Below are positions 21,093 to 35,119 of a stretch of DNA of 64,000 nt, piece by piece. The notes under the pieces were generated by a model, which saw only the letters and a program-made list of their open reading frames with translations, did no database searches and was not told the DNA's origin. The stretch covers positions 1 to 64,000 of the forward strand of contig CDMY01000318.1 of NCBI GenBank assembly GCA_001179505.1. The letters run 5' to 3'. Position 1 is the stretch's first letter. The number at the start of each line of letters is the position of its first letter. Source of the DNA: Vitrella brassicaformis CCMP3155. Lineage: Eukaryota > Protista > Chromerida. The position numbers and the translations under genes are program-made.

Positions 21093-23736
21093 TCAACGCG
21101 CGAGAGGCGTGAAGTAGTCAGTGATTCTCCTCTGGCCGGCGGCAGGCACTGAGAGGCCTCGCCGGCGGACCTCTATGCGACAATCGACAGCTAGCTGAGG
21201 CAGCGCCACACACTCAAACCCACGAGCAGCCATGGCAGAGCGGAAGAGCACCGTACGGAAGTACACAGCGTCCTCCTTCACAGGGACCCTCGCCAGCTCC
21301 AGTGCGTCGAGCACAGTGGGCGGGTCGGCCGGCGGCTCCGGCGGCTCCTCCGCACACGCGTCATCTATTCTGACCTGCCTCTCTTCCTCGCTCCATGAAG
21401 CCAGCGACACCTCATCCCAGTCACACTCGGCATCCCACCGGAGCCACTCATAGTCCTCCTTGTCTACCGGCCCCTCAGTGCACTCCAACACTATCACATC
21501 CACATTGGGCAGCTGCGTCACGGAGACAGACATGCGGCGGCCAGGGCCGCGACAAAACCTTGCTCGTGCGGTGAGTAGGTGGGGCAGAAGACATGAGAAG
21601 CGAGGGCCTGCACTGTGGTGACCTGTGCTGTGATGCGCTGTATTCGCTGGCTGATGGAGCCCTCTATCGGTGCTTGCTCGCCTGTCTGCCCCCTGCTGAC
21701 TACAGTGAGTGTCCACGGCCTCTCTCTGTCGGCGAAATGGCCCTGCAGGTGGAACAAGGGGCCCTTGCCAGAGTAGTTGCGCAGACAGAGAGGCAGCGAG
21801 TAGCCAAACTCATCCACATCCTCATCAGCCGACTCGTCAGGCCAGAACCTGATGGTCTGCAGCTGCTTGATGCTCCTGACTGCTTCATGTACCACTGCCT
21901 CCCCCCTCTCCCCCCTCCCCTCAGCCAAGTCTAGCGTGCAGACGGCGGGAAAATACCGCTCAAACCACGACAACAGGCCCTGCGGGAGAGGCTCGAGCGC
22001 GTCAGATGCCTCGTCGAGTGCCAGTGTGTGTGCGCGAGAGAAGGTGAGGGACGGCAGCAGCTGGTATATTCCCATGGGCAGCAGCTGGCCTGGCTACAGG
22101 CCGGTGGGGAAGGTCACTCGCGTGGCGAGGGAGGCCAGGAGGATCAGTGTCGGCTTGTAGGTGCGCAGGTCGTCGTCGGTCATGGCGATCAGCAGGCTGA
22201 GTGGGAAGGTGAAGTCGCTCTGGCTGTAGTCCTCCTCTGCGCGGGGGGCCAGACAGTTCTCGCGGAAGCCATCGAGCTCCTGCAGACAGGTATGACAGGA
22301 AACAGGCACCACAGATGCATGTGTGTCGTGGGGATGAGCACAAGCATGTCCTCTTCCCTTCTCGTCTCACCTCAACAGTTCGGAGATCGAGTTGTCCTCC
22401 CGGCGGCTTGATGGTCGCTCGCAGCGCATCGACGTCCGTCGGCGGTCGCTGCACTTGAGTAGTCGATGACATACCCCGGCCTGCCGATGACCACCCCCTG
22501 GATGCGCTTGACGTGGCCAAGGCAGTGTCCCAGCTCCTTGACGGCATTCGCCAGGTCCCACCCATCGAGTGTCGCGGTGTGCACGCCCGCCTTGGACCCA
22601 CACCACTGCATCCAGGCTTCAGGACCTTCAGGGGCGGGATCGGGCAGCTCCGGCTCGCCAAACACACGGGGGGCGGGGGCAGGGTGCATTTCGAGCGACC
22701 GGAGATTGCTGAACAATGGAAAATGCAACACAGTGCAACAGAACACACGGTGTTGTCATGTCTTCTTGCTTGTGCTTTTTCCCTCATTCAACGCACCTCG
22801 GCCGCCACGACCGCATGTCTGCGACGTCACCCCACGCGCCCGTCACCACCACACCCTCGAGCAATGGGAAGATGAACGGCCGATCACACAAGGTCAGGTC
22901 AGGAACTCCTCTCTCTAGCTCCCTGTCTTGGTCGCACTGCCTCTCCCTCTCCGCCGTGTGCGCCTCCAGGCTCATCAGACTCGCTCGCGCACCCTCCACC
23001 AGTTTGGCCATCGACGTAGTTAGAGGGCAGCGCAGCACGGCCCGCTTGGCCTGGCGGAGCCGCGGCCGCCAGGCCTCCATCTGCTGATGGGTCATGTGGA
23101 AGGGCTGCTTGCTGGTGATGCACAGCTGGTCGGGCGCCATGATGGCGGGGGATGCGTTGACGGCCGGGTGTGTGCGGCTGAGGGATCCGACGAGTGCGAT
23201 GGTGTCGAGGAGGGGCATGATGTGGCCGGAGGTGACCACGTCCGGCAGGCCCAGCAGGGGATGCGGCGACAACGACTGACAGAAACCGCAGGGAGAGAGA
23301 GAGAGGGAAACGAGACGATTTGCCTGTTGTGTGGTGTGGTGTGGTGTGGTGGCCTCAGAAGTACACACCTCGTGTGTGATGGTCTCTGCGATCAGGTCTA
23401 GCCGACGATGAGCGAGTCGGATGTCGTTGACGGTCAGCCGCACGTCCGTGGCTATCTGACCGCCACCAACGCCGCCCATCTTCTCCAGCAAATCTACGCA
23501 CAGCTTGTAGTGCACCGACACGCGCTGACGTCACGTGAAGAGGAAGGGACACAAGTCGAGTGCATGGCATGACTCATGGACAGCGTGAGTGATCACCTGT
23601 CCCCCTCTCTCACCTTGTGCACGTGCGGGCATGCCTTCTTGCCAATCCCCGCTGCCCAGCGGCCCTTCGATGCAAACACATCCCTCGCCTGCACCGACCG
23701 TTCATGGGCATGAACGACGACAAACAAACCCGCCAT
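21093..23736 (-). pseudogene. Lineage-specific multi-exon gene with an F-box-like N-terminal motif and an in-frame TAG
   Basis: LLGLPDVVTSGHIMPLLD..L..LSRT is F-box-like. Exons join in phase, but ...RVTFPTGL*PGQLLPMGIY contains TAG at 22094-22096. The start is uncertain because it lies next to a gap. Confidence 0.55.
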
Positions 23737-23794
23737 CCATGTGTGTGGGGTGTGCGTCCTCTCTCTCTCTCTCTCTCTGTGTTGTGGGGGGGGG

Positions 23795-24094
23795 NNNNNN
23801 NNNNNNNNNNNNNNNNNNNNNNNNNNNNNNNNNNNNNNNNNNNNNNNNNNNNNNNNNNNNNNNNNNNNNNNNNNNNNNNNNNNNNNNNNNNNNNNNNNNN
23901 NNNNNNNNNNNNNNNNNNNNNNNNNNNNNNNNNNNNNNNNNNNNNNNNNNNNNNNNNNNNNNNNNNNNNNNNNNNNNNNNNNNNNNNNNNNNNNNNNNNN
24001 NNNNNNNNNNNNNNNNNNNNNNNNNNNNNNNNNNNNNNNNNNNNNNNNNNNNNNNNNNNNNNNNNNNNNNNNNNNNNNNNNNNNNNNNNNNNNN
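23795..24094. other. Assembly gap (300 N)
   Basis: Run of N. Confidence 1.
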
Positions 24095-24643
24095 GCCTGT
24101 CTGTCTGTCTGTCTGTCTGTTTGACCTGACCTTGTGTTGGAGCGATTGCAGTGCTGCCACCGTCCCCTGCAGCCCCAGGATGGCATTGTGATGCTGCAAC
24201 CGGATGAACGGATCAATGGATCGGATTCCCACGATGATGTGAGGCCTGGAGTGGTCTTCTCACCCTGTCAGAGTCCGCAGGCGCTGTTGTGGGTGGAGGG
24301 GTCTCGCCCTTGTGCTTCTTGGCGGGCTGGTCCATCACGTCGGCTCCCTCGTCCATCTTTTATGTGAGAAGCCGAGGAGCGCCTCGGACCTTTCTCCTTG
24401 TGGTGTGGCGCGTCGATTTCCTCACCTTCTGAACTATTTCATCATACGGGAATTCTTCCTGCTCTGACTGACGGGGAACGGGGAAAAAGAGAACTGCGAC
24501 AGCACGGCACCTGCCAGATTTTGTCGGGGTGCTTCCGATCTGAGGAGCTAGGAGCTATCGACCCTGCCCTTAAAACGAAGCGGAAAGGGCAGACAGCTCG
24601 ATGGCTGTGTGACACGAGTCTCGTTAAACACACTAACCAACCA

Positions 24644-24907
24644 ATGGCTGTGTTTCTGGCGTTTGGTTTGGGCATCAGCTACCTCAACTTCCCTCAGACG
24701 CCAGCCATCATCTACGGCAGGGTGGATGGCGAGGTCAAGACGGCGGCGTCGGAGCTGTCGAGGAGGCTGACCGGATCTGGCAAGGACTTCTCGCCCTACG
24801 CCACCCACCGAGTGGCGGCTGTGGTGGTGAGCGACAAGACCAATCCGCTGGGGCGGCCGCGCAAGTACAACACTGATGGCGGATGGATGTTCGGCAAGCA
24901 CTACTGA
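24644..24907 (+). CDS. Small intronless 87-aa protein with a hydrophobic N-terminus
   Basis: MAVFLAFGLGISYLNFPQTPAIIYGRVDGEVK...YNTDGGWMFGKHY*. Codons are GC3-rich like those of neighbouring genes, and no microsatellite is involved. Confidence 0.55.
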   Translation: MAVFLAFGLGISYLNFPQTPAIIYGRVDGEVKTAASELSRRLTGSGKDFSPYATHRVAAVVVSDKTNPLGRPRKYNTDGGWMFGKHY

Positions 24908-25064
24908 CTGATGGAGGGATGGAGGGTGGTGGTGGTGGTGCTACGCTGATGGCGGAGGGTCTGCTGTTATGTCTGAAGAACATCGGCAGGGGCTGCAGCA
25001 GTGCCAGCTGGTGCTTCTATGGCCACCGGAGGTGGTGCTTCTGTCTGTCTGTCTGTCTGTCTGT

Positions 25065-25095
<31 letters not shown>

Positions 25096-25893
25096 TCGTC
25101 TCGCCCAGCTGTGGTTTTGAGTGAGTGGGGGGCGTGTTGTCTTGTTTGTTTGAGGGTCTTGTCTTCCTGTATTGCCTCCTGTCTGCCTGATAGATAAAGC
25201 ATGCGTGGTGATGCGTGGACTCTGTGCATCCCTCTCGTTTGCCTGATGAGTGAATGATTGATCAACAAGTTTGCTCCTTGAGTGAATAATGACATCCATC
25301 ATTCGGTGCAGACAGACCAACCATGTCAGTCGTGTCAATTAGCAAGGTGACAACCGACCAACATACACCCAACACACACGCACGCCTACGTAGAGAGAGA
25401 TATGCGCCGCCATATTCAGCGGTCTTGTGTACGCCGTTGCAATGCAGCCAGCCTTTAAAACACCCAACCACCCTCCCTCCCTCCCACGGACACTAACAGG
25501 CCCCCGTCGCATACGCACGCACTCAGCCACACACGTGTGACGTGACCACTCGGACAAAACCAAGCCCAAAAGGCGACAGACAGATATGATGAGAAAGTGC
25601 GTATGTATGTATGTATGTATGTGTCCATCCAGGCGAGGGCGCTGTGGGCACGAAAATCTCGCGTGGAGGGCCGACCAACCAGGCAGACAGACAGAGAGAC
25701 AGAGAGACAAACCAAACACACCTCTCCAGCCAAACCTGATATACGATTTCTGCTTAGCCATATCGCTCTCTCTGTCTTTGTGCGTATGTTATGTATATGC
25801 GTGTGGTCCTCTCTTGTGGGTGGTCTCCATCCATTTATCCATCCATCCATCCATTTATCCATCCATCCCTCCACGGGCCGATTCGTCCATCAA

Positions 25894-28375
25894 TCAGAGG
25901 TCGAGGAGCATCTTTCTGGGGTCTTCGATGTAGTCCCTGATGGACCGCAGGAACGTCACGGCCTCTCTGCCGTCGACCAGCCGGTGGTCATACGTCAGCG
26001 CCAGATACCTGACACACACACATACGCACACGGGAGGGTGCGTCTACTGCGTGCATCAACCAACACAGAGCTACACAGGTGCAGACAGAGGTACATGATG
26101 GGCCGAATGACGATGTCTTTGCCGCGCGCCACTGGCCGATTGATGATGGCGTGCATACCTGCCAAGCCAAGACACACAGACAGCAGACAGACGCAGGCCC
26201 ATTCATCCATCCATCCATCCATCCACACATTTTGGTGTTGTGCATTTCTGCCTGTCTCACCGACCGAGAATGGAAGCCTGAGGCGGGTTGAGGATGGGCG
26301 TCCCCAGCATCGACCCATACACACCACCTGCGGACCGGGCCGGGCCACCACACGGACGGACATGCGCGCATGCACATGCGCGACACATAATATTTATGGA
26401 TTGACGCGTCATTATTCTGCGTGTTCTCGCCTCCCTCCCCGCTTGGTGTACCGTTTGAGATGGTGAAGGTGCCGCCCGCCATCTCTTCAAGCGCTATCTG
26501 GTTGTTGCGTGCGCGCTTCGCCAAATCAGCCAACGCCTGATGCACACACACAGACACAAATACACAAACACACGAAGACATGTGTGGCCTCTCCCTGCCC
26601 CCGCTCTCTTTTGCTTGCTGCTTCAGCATACATACTTTTTCCAGGTCTGCGAGTGTCATCTTATGGCAGTCCCTGATGACGGGCACCATCAGTCCGGTGG
26701 GGGTGGCGACGGCCACACTCATGTCGACGTAGTCCTTGTAGACAATCTCGTTGCCCTCGATGTCTAAGGCAGGAAAGAAAAGGACACACACAGCAAGATA
26801 TGGATGGATGGGCGGCATCAATTCTTTTGTATGTTCGTTGGGCTTGGTTCGTTCTTGCTTACATCCGTTGACTTCGGGCATCTTCTGGAGCGACTTGGTG
26901 GCCGCCAGCATGAAGGCCGACACGAACCCTGCGCAGACAAAAGCAACGAAGACAAGACAACAGCACAAATGACGCACGCAACGCAACGCACCGCTCCAGG
27001 GGGGCGGTCGCTGTCTGTCTGTCTGTCTGTCCGCACAGTCATTCGGTACTACCGACCCAGTTTGCAACCATGTTTCTCCAGGAAGGCCTCGTTGATCTCG
27101 CTACGCAGAGCCATCAGATTCCCCATGTCACACTGAACACACACACATAATTGATGATCCACCCACCCTAGCGAATATGCGCCGCCCAATCCCTCCCTAC
27201 TCCCCCACCTCATTGAATGTCGTCAGCATCGCCGCCGTGTTCTGCGCCCCCTTGAGCCGCTCTGCGATCCGCTGCCGCATCCGGCTCATCGGCACGCGCT
27301 TCTCACCACGCACATCCACCGCAGCAGCGCCCCGGCCAGGTGCAGCCGGCCGCTGGGGCGACGGAGCAGCCGGTGTGGGGGGTGACGGCCGCTTGGCGTC
27401 GGTGGCTGGAGGGGCGGGGGTGGAGGGAGGGGCTGCGGGTGATGGCTGTGCGGCGGGCTGTGATGGGGCGGGCTCTTTCTTCTCTGCGGCTGGCGCGGCT
27501 CCCTCTGGCGGGGCCGCCGCGGGCGTGAGTTTGTAGAGGGGAGCGCCGACCATCACCGTGTCACCTGCAGGCAGGCAGACCGACAGGGAGAGGAGACCGT
27601 GGTGTGGTGTGAGTGTCGAGCAACCTGCCAGCACAGGTATAGGTGGATGAGTGGATAGATACCTACCTTCGTTGGCCATGATGGTATCGATGACGCCGCT
27701 CTCGGGTGCCTGTATGTCGACCGACACCTTGTCGGTGTCGATGACCGCTATCACCTCGTCAGCCTTGACGAACTCACCCACACCTGACATACATGACAAC
27801 CATACACACACACACACACACGCACTCACATGAACGAACCCGCGCCGTGCTTGTGCTTGTGCAGGCATGGCACGCACCGCACCTTTTTTCCACGAGTTGA
27901 TGGTTCCCTCCGTGATGGAGTCGCCCATGTTGGGCACCGCTATCTCCTTCGGACCATCTGCACACACACACACACACACACGTGTATTGTATGCCAAGCT
28001 GACACTTATCCCTCATCCATCTCGTCCTTTTCACGCACCACTGAACAGCCGGCGCTGCTGCCCCACACACGGGGCCGGTCTGAACCATGAGCACCGGGGC
28101 GATGAGCCATCCCACCGATTCAGAATGCAGCTGTGGCGGCCGGTGAGCGCGCCAAACGGGCGTGAAGTGGCAAAGAGCCGCTCCGCCACAGTCAGGGACC
28201 GGTAGAGGGAAGATGCAGGTGCCCGCTGGTGGTAGATTCGCGCGATGTAGTTGCCGCCCGGGGCAGCCAGGCCCTGATGTGATCAGGACAGACAGGGAGG
28301 GAGAAGTGAATGGGATGGTTCTGTGTTGCTATAGCGTGTTGAATGACTCACCCGAAGCGCCGAAACGCGATGCAT
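25894..28375 (-). CDS. DLST: Dihydrolipoamide succinyltransferase (E2 of 2-oxoglutarate dehydrogenase), mitochondrial
   Basis: Lipoyl domain [84 protein letters not shown]. Presequence exons MHRVSALR|GLAAPGG... Confidence 0.95.
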
Positions 28376-29006
28376 TCTGCCACTCGCTGACGATGGACGC
28401 AAATCACGAGAAAAAACGGGACGATTCTCGTCAGAGGCGCTTCACTGAAGCCCTCCTGCGTGTGGTGCGGGGCCTCCCCTGCCGCTCCTGCACCTTCCGC
28501 TTCGAAGACGAGCTCGCAATCGCAAGCCGAGCAGGGGGAGGAAAAGCCTGGGTCTGAGGCATCAACGAGGAGGCAGTGGACTCACAACAATCGAGCTACC
28601 AAGGCGGCCAGGGGTCTAAAGGCTGATTGTGGAGTGGTGAGTCCCTTAACGCAGCCGTCGGCTCAGGGCATCAGCAGCCACCTCCAGCCGTCCCTGTGGC
28701 CTCTGCGGAGACGTCTGAAGGCCGCCAGCCCAGCTCGGCCTCGCCCTTGAGGCGGTGTTTCATCGACTCTTCCTGCGGCAGAGGCATTGACGGCCGTGAC
28801 TGTCTCGGTGACTGACCTTCGTTCATTCATTGAGGGGTGCGGCAGGCGGGGCGGCGGCCTGTCAGTCAGTCAGTCAGGACGGCGATGCCGTGACCGAACG
28901 GTTCATTGATCAACTCAACTCAACGCACCTCTGTCTTTGCTTTGTGAGGAAGTTTGGCGGCCTGGTCGGGTCGTCTGACATCCATCCATCTGTGTGTTAG
29001 TGGATT

Positions 29007-29166
29007 ATGATTCGCAACATCCGTTCCCGGCCTGTCGACTACGGCAAGCCCATCCCAATCACACGCAATGTGGGCGACCTCGCCAAACTCAAGGTAAGTA
29101 GGTGGGCAGCCGGAGGGAGGCAGGCAGGCAGTGTGTGCATCGGTTGACTGATTGCATCCTCCTGCC

Positions 29167-29197
<31 letters not shown>

Positions 29198-32100
29198 CAT
29201 GCAGGGTGAGGATCGTCTGGACCCCAACGAGGCGTCGTCGCTGCAGACGGAGTTCTTCCACCACACCAAGGTGCACAACCCCCTCAATCGCAAGACCATC
29301 GTCGTGCCGACCACTGGTATGCAGGCAGCTATGGCAAGGAAGGAAGCATGAATCAATCGCATTCGACGGACGGATGCCTTATCGATATCGGTGTTCTGTT
29401 GCTTTGTGGGTGCAGTGGTGCACAGCTCGGCTCAAGCCACCGACGCCCTCAGCGCCTGGCAGCGCCCCACACACTTCATCAGATTCGCAATACAACGAGA
29501 CTAGTAAGCCTCATTTGAATCAATCACTCAATCTCTCACACCTTGGACCGACCGACACGCAATAACCGTTTCCCCCCGGTACCGTCCTCTGTGTTCTCTT
29601 CATTCAGTTGCAGCGGCATCCGGTTCCCGTCTGACCGAGATCGCGAGAAGGAGCGGCACAAGCGGCGCCGCGACAAGGACAACAGGCACGCCCCCATAGC
29701 CGCAGCAGCCGCAGCAGCCGACCAACCCAACTCCTTCCACACGCAGCAGCAGCCGTATGGCTTCGGTTCGCCGAGCGACCCCTGCCGTGTGGACGTCCTC
29801 TACGACATGCTGAGGGAGGACGAAGAATGGCTGCAGCACTACAACCACACCGAGGGAGAGGGAGAGGGAGGGGGGCAGGAGGAGCCCAGGTTGACTGAGG
29901 AGGACTTTGTGCGCATCATGGACCACCTTGAGAAGCGGCAGCGGAACCACCCACAGCTGCCTGTCGGTCAGTGACACACAAGGGATGGGTGTGAGTGACA
30001 TCACTCATCGATGAGATGAGATGATGAGCTGGGGTGCGCATAGCTGCTGTTGTTTGTGTCCCTGTTTGTCTGTTTATCTGGCTGTGCGACTGACTGCAGC
30101 GGGCAATCAGGAGTTCCTGTTGCAGGTGCAGCGTGAGCTCAATCGGCACAGGGACGAGAAATCCGCCATCAAGGCCAAACCACTCCACAACGTTTTCATG
30201 GTCAGTCAAGTCAGCAACGATCCGCATACCATACCACACCACAAGACACACCTGAGTGTCCTGGTGTGTGTGTGTGTCGGCAGTATTGGCTGTCGCGCCG
30301 GCAGGCCAGGAAGGCCCCGCTGCTGCGAGTCTTCTGGCCACGGGCGGCGACAAACGATCCAAACCCTCTCGGGGTCAGTCAGGCACTGCACTCACCAACC
30401 ACCGACACACACCGATAGATACGAACAAGCGTCACCTGTCCTGTGCGCCCCTCTCTCCTGCTTCAGACATTCCGTCCCCGCCCAGGCAGCTCACGGATGA
30501 GCCTACGGCGACCTCGGCGAGGCGCAGGGGTGAGCAGAGGAACAGTACCTTTATTCTTGTGTGTGTGTATGTGTGTGTGTGTATGATGGCAGGACCAGGT
30601 GGTGGAGCGTTGCGCGACCCTGCAGGCGGACCTCGACAAGGCCGATGCGCTCATCAAACTCACCAAGCAGCGGGAGGAGAAGAAGATGCTCGCGGCAGAC
30701 CTCGCCCAGTGGGAGTTCGAGCAGGCCAGGCAGGAGCTCATCGACCCCTCCTACACACACCCCGAGTGGACCAAGCGACGCGACCAGGTCAAGGCCAAGA
30801 TCGCCGTGCGGCTGCCGCGGGGGGTGGGGCGGAAGCGCCCGAGACACGAGGCCTTTCCGCGAGATGGCCTGCACCTGGCCGTGCCGACCGCACCAGGCCC
30901 CGCTGACGCGTCTGCACAGGAGGTGACATCGCTGGGTGTGTCACGGGGTGAAGTGGCTGCTGCAGCGGACGGGAGGGGGGCAGACCATGGCGATGGGCTG
31001 CCCGCCTTCACCATGCGGTCACGATTGCGAAGAGGTGAGTAGACAGACAAGCCCGCCAACCGCCCCGATATGACATGACATGCACACACTCGGCCTGCTT
31101 GCTCGTTCGTGCGTGAACACGCAGGTCGTGGTGGCCGTATGTGGCTGGACCGCTTCCGCATGACCCCGGTCGGCGAACCGCCGCCCACTGCTGCCGCCTC
31201 TGCTGAGGATGCGGAGGCATGGCCCGCTCCGAGTGGCGCCATCGATCTGTACGGCAAGCGCGCTAAGGACCGGTGGGTGCGGGAGCCCTTCTGCGACATC
31301 GAGACGGACGTGTCGATCTTCGAGCCGCCCATGGCCACACCGGCAGAGTTTGACGGCTACCCTAGCGCAAGTGAGGGAGAAGACACACGATGGTTGGTTG
31401 TTGTCTGGGAGGAAGTGCCTCGACTGATTGATTCCCTTCTCCCTGTGTGTCAGGCTGGCACAGTATGGGTGCGCCTGTGTCGTGCCACCAGCTGCGGCGG
31501 CGGGAGAAGCACAGCGGCCTCGGCCTGCGTCCCAGGCGCGATCACGAGGCAGAAGAAGAGCGGGCTGCGCGTCTCAAGGCCGAGCTCGGTGCGTCCTATT
31601 CTTTCTTCAACAAGGTCGGTCCAATGGAGTGAGGAGAAGCATGTCAGTCATCTTGCTCTGCGTGTCTTATCTATCGTCTGTGATTGGTTGGTTGGGTGTG
31701 CAGGCTGTTGCCGACGTGGTCATGGACGCCGCAGCAGCGAGCAGCGACTGCTCGCCGCCGGGATGCCACAGCCACAACCCTCTGGGCCACGTCACGTCCG
31801 ACAGCAGCACGTCCACTAAGCCATCCCTCTCATACCCACCGACACACCCCAGCGCACACACCAACACCGACAGCAACAACAGCAACGGTCTGTACGTCAA
31901 CGGCCACAACAAAAGTCACAGCAACAACCACACCAACACCAATGGCTACATGCCCATGCCGTCGATGCAGCCATCCCGGTCGCCCTCGTCATCGCCCCGA
32001 TCGGTGGACAGCCCCCACCACAAGCACCACCACCACCATCACCACCATGGACCCCATGCGGCCATGTACGACCCCCTGCTGGTCAACGGCCACGGTGGCG

Positions 32101-32281
32101 GTGTGGGGTGCGGCGGGCAGGTCATGCACATCAACAGGGCGTATGGCAATGGCAGGTGAGGTGCGACGGAAGGGAGGGACGGAGGGAGGGAGGGATGGAC
32201 ACACACAGAGAGAGAGAGAGAGATGCACATGACGTGTGGCTGTGTCGTGTGTGTGTTCGTTTTGTCAGGCCCATGAAGTAG
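29007..32281 (+). CDS. EPL1: Enhancer of polycomb-like protein (NuA4/Tip60 subunit)
   Basis: N-terminal IRSRPVDYGKPIPI, then YDMLREDEEWL..LTEEDFVRIMDHLEK, a coiled-coil exon and a low-complexity tail. Confidence 0.8.
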
Positions 32282-33125
32282 CATGACCTACCTACCCCCA
32301 CACACACAACCGCCGCCTGACTGACGAGAAGGTCGGAGGGATCGACCGATGGCAATCGTATAGGCAATTGGCCGTGCGTCCTTGTAGACGTGTCTTGATG
32401 ATAATGATGATGATGATTATTGCATAATTAACGCCCACAAAACACCAGGCAGGAAGGCAGACAGACAGGCAGACAGGTGGATCGGGTCAACGAATGCATC
32501 ATATCGATCGGTCAACGTGTGTGTGAGCAATTTTTGGCCACAGCCGGCCGGCTGGCTAATGTCTCCCCCTTCGTGACGTCTCGCTACCTATACCTCTAAA
32601 GGGCAGCAAATGGATGTGGGAGGGGAGGGGAGGGAGAGGAGGGGCTTGTAGAGATACGTGTGTGTGTGTGTGTGTGATGACGCGTGGATGGATGGATGGA
32701 CGTTCGATGTTGGTCCGTTGGTTCCCTCCTTGGTTCCTTTGTCTGAGACGGGGATGCGTGACCCTCTGTCGGTCTGTCTGGCTGGCCTCTCTGTGTGTCT
32801 GATATCATGTGGATGGATGGATGGACCTTGACTTGTCCTTCATTGTATGGGTACCTGTGAAATCAGCACGTGTCTCGTGTCGTGTCCACACACATGGGAG
32901 CGAGAGTCGAGTCATGCAGAGAGCCTTCCCACCCATCCATCCATCCACCGCACCCAAATCACTTACACAAGCACCTCGAAATAAGTCCGACCATGAAGTC
33001 AGTCAGTCAGTCAGTCAGTTTCACCAACCAGACGTACGTTAAAACAGTACCAGCCATGACACGCCTGATCCGCCCATCCCATGCAGTGGCTCACCCTGCC
33101 CATTCGCTCGTTCCCTCAAGTGACT

Positions 33126-33520
33126 TCACTGTGGAGCGGCCCCCCCTCCCGTCGGCTGTGTGGGCGGGGTGGTCTGCTGCGGTGCAGCCGCTGGAGCGGG
33201 GGCCGCGCCGGGCGCTCCGGGGGCGGCACCGGGGGCACCGGGCGGCCGCATGCCCTGTCAAACAGCACGACAGACAGAAGAAAGATGTGGGCGGCCTGTC
33301 TGCTTCTAGTGGTTGTGTGGGGAAGGAAGGTGCTTACGGGCGGCATCATGCCTGGCATCATGCCACGGCCGGCCTGACACACACAAGGGCAGACAGAACA
33401 GAAATGAACACAATGCAGTCTGTGTGGTGAGGTGGATCCGTCGTGTGCCTTTCTTCCGTCAGGCGTGTGTGGTGCGCACCATCATTTGCTGCATCATGGC
33501 CGGGGGAGGCATGCTGACAC

Positions 33521-33552
<32 letters not shown>

Positions 33553-34850
33553 CAGAGAGAGAGAGACATATATCCACGCGCAAGTGTGTCCATCCCTGTG
33601 TGCCTGGTGTGGTGGTGGATGTGTGTGTGGGTGTATGTTGGTAGTGAGCTTACGCCGGCATCCTGCCCGCCATCATGCCCATCATCCCCGGCGGCATCGC
33701 CGGGCGACCAGCCGCATCCCTACACACAACACGACACACCAACGGCAGCCCCAATAATCCCACATCAAGATTGATGATCCCTAGCTTCCATCGACTTACT
33801 TCGCCCCAGCTGCTGCAGGCATCGCACCTGCCACACCACACCAAACCACACCAAAATATCGATTTGTAAGTATGTCAGTCAGTCAACGAGGTGGTTCGGT
33901 TCGCACCGGGCATGGGCATGCGGGGCATCATGGCCGCCATCCCAGGACCGCCCACACCGCGAACAGGACCTGCCAAACCTGTGTTGTGCGTGCGAGGGGG
34001 GATCATGTCACAGGATATATCAACACAATACATCACCATGATGAGCGTGTTCTCCAGTGGCAGAATCAGTTCTAATTACTCGTGAGTGCGCACGCAATGG
34101 TACCTGCAGCGGGTCCGCCCATGGGGGCGACGGGCACTCCTCGTCCAGCAGCCACGCCGCGACCCGGACCGGCTACCACTCCCTCGCCCGCCTTCTTCTG
34201 CACACACACCCACACACACACCCCAGCCAACCAAGGCAGATGAGCGTGTGTGTATCTGCGTTGAGTGTGGTGTCTGTGTGATAGACAGGCCACGCCAGGC
34301 CACGTACCCCCGAGGGCGGTGGCGCCTCGGCTGTGAGCGATATGATGTTCTCGCCGCGCAGGATCACGAAGCCCAGCGAGCGCTTGATCTCCTTCTCCTC
34401 CTTCTCTGAACAAGAAAGAAAAAAGACACAACACAAACCACATCCTTCGTATGTCAGTCAGTCAGGTGACGTGACGACCGCATGTACCTTTGCCCTTTTC
34501 TCTCTTCTCCTTGATGCGCCTGAACTCCTCGCAGTCGGCCAGCACGATGTTCATGTGCCGGTCAAAGGCCAGCAGGGTGCCCACCAACATCCGGGTGTCC
34601 TGCACTCACACACACAACACACAACACACAAAACACAACACACACGGTGGTATGGCGCTCACTCCCCTCCTCTCTCTGGCTTGACTGACTGACCTGAATG
34701 GTGACTCGGACCCTGTAGTTGATCCATTGCTGCATACGCGTGTTCTTGCCCGGCTGTGTGAGCACACACACAACACACACGCACACACGACAGACACATA
34801 GGATAGGCAGAGAAGAGCGGACAAGTGTGCAGCACATCGTCACTCACCAT
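33126..34850 (-). CDS. SNRPB: Small nuclear ribonucleoprotein SmB
   Basis: MQQWINYRVRVTIQDTRMLVGTLLAFDRHMNIVLADCEEFRRIK..RSLGFVILRGENIISLTAEAPPP, followed by a GRG/Pro-Met-rich tail. Confidence 0.95.
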
Positions 34851-35119
34851 TTTCGCAAGCTGATGGAAACCTCAATATCTCAAATCAGAGAGCGTCTCGG
34901 TGGCAGGAGGCCTCTGCGTCACCCCACACACGCCGGGAACGACGAGATCTGCTTCTACCTTCGCATGCGAGCTTTTCGCCGATCGCTCGCTGCGGATCTG
35001 CTTGTGGACGACAGGGCAGCTTGTCTGCACGTCTGCACACGTGAGAAACTGACGCTTTGCGAAGAAGGAATCGGCTGATTTGGTCAGAGGCACAGTGAGT
35101 GACACCACATCAGTCAGTG

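Noticed and set aside
22094-22096. Selenocysteine recoding (prompted by the SBP2 gene)
   Set aside because: The codon is TAG, not TGA, and I recognised no SECIS.
23589-24232. ORFs spanning N runs (also 48746-49339 and 62613-63240)
   Set aside because: Artefacts of the assembly gaps.
32025-32050. Poly-His tract as a special element
   Set aside because: It is part of the low-complexity tail of the Enhancer-of-polycomb-like protein.
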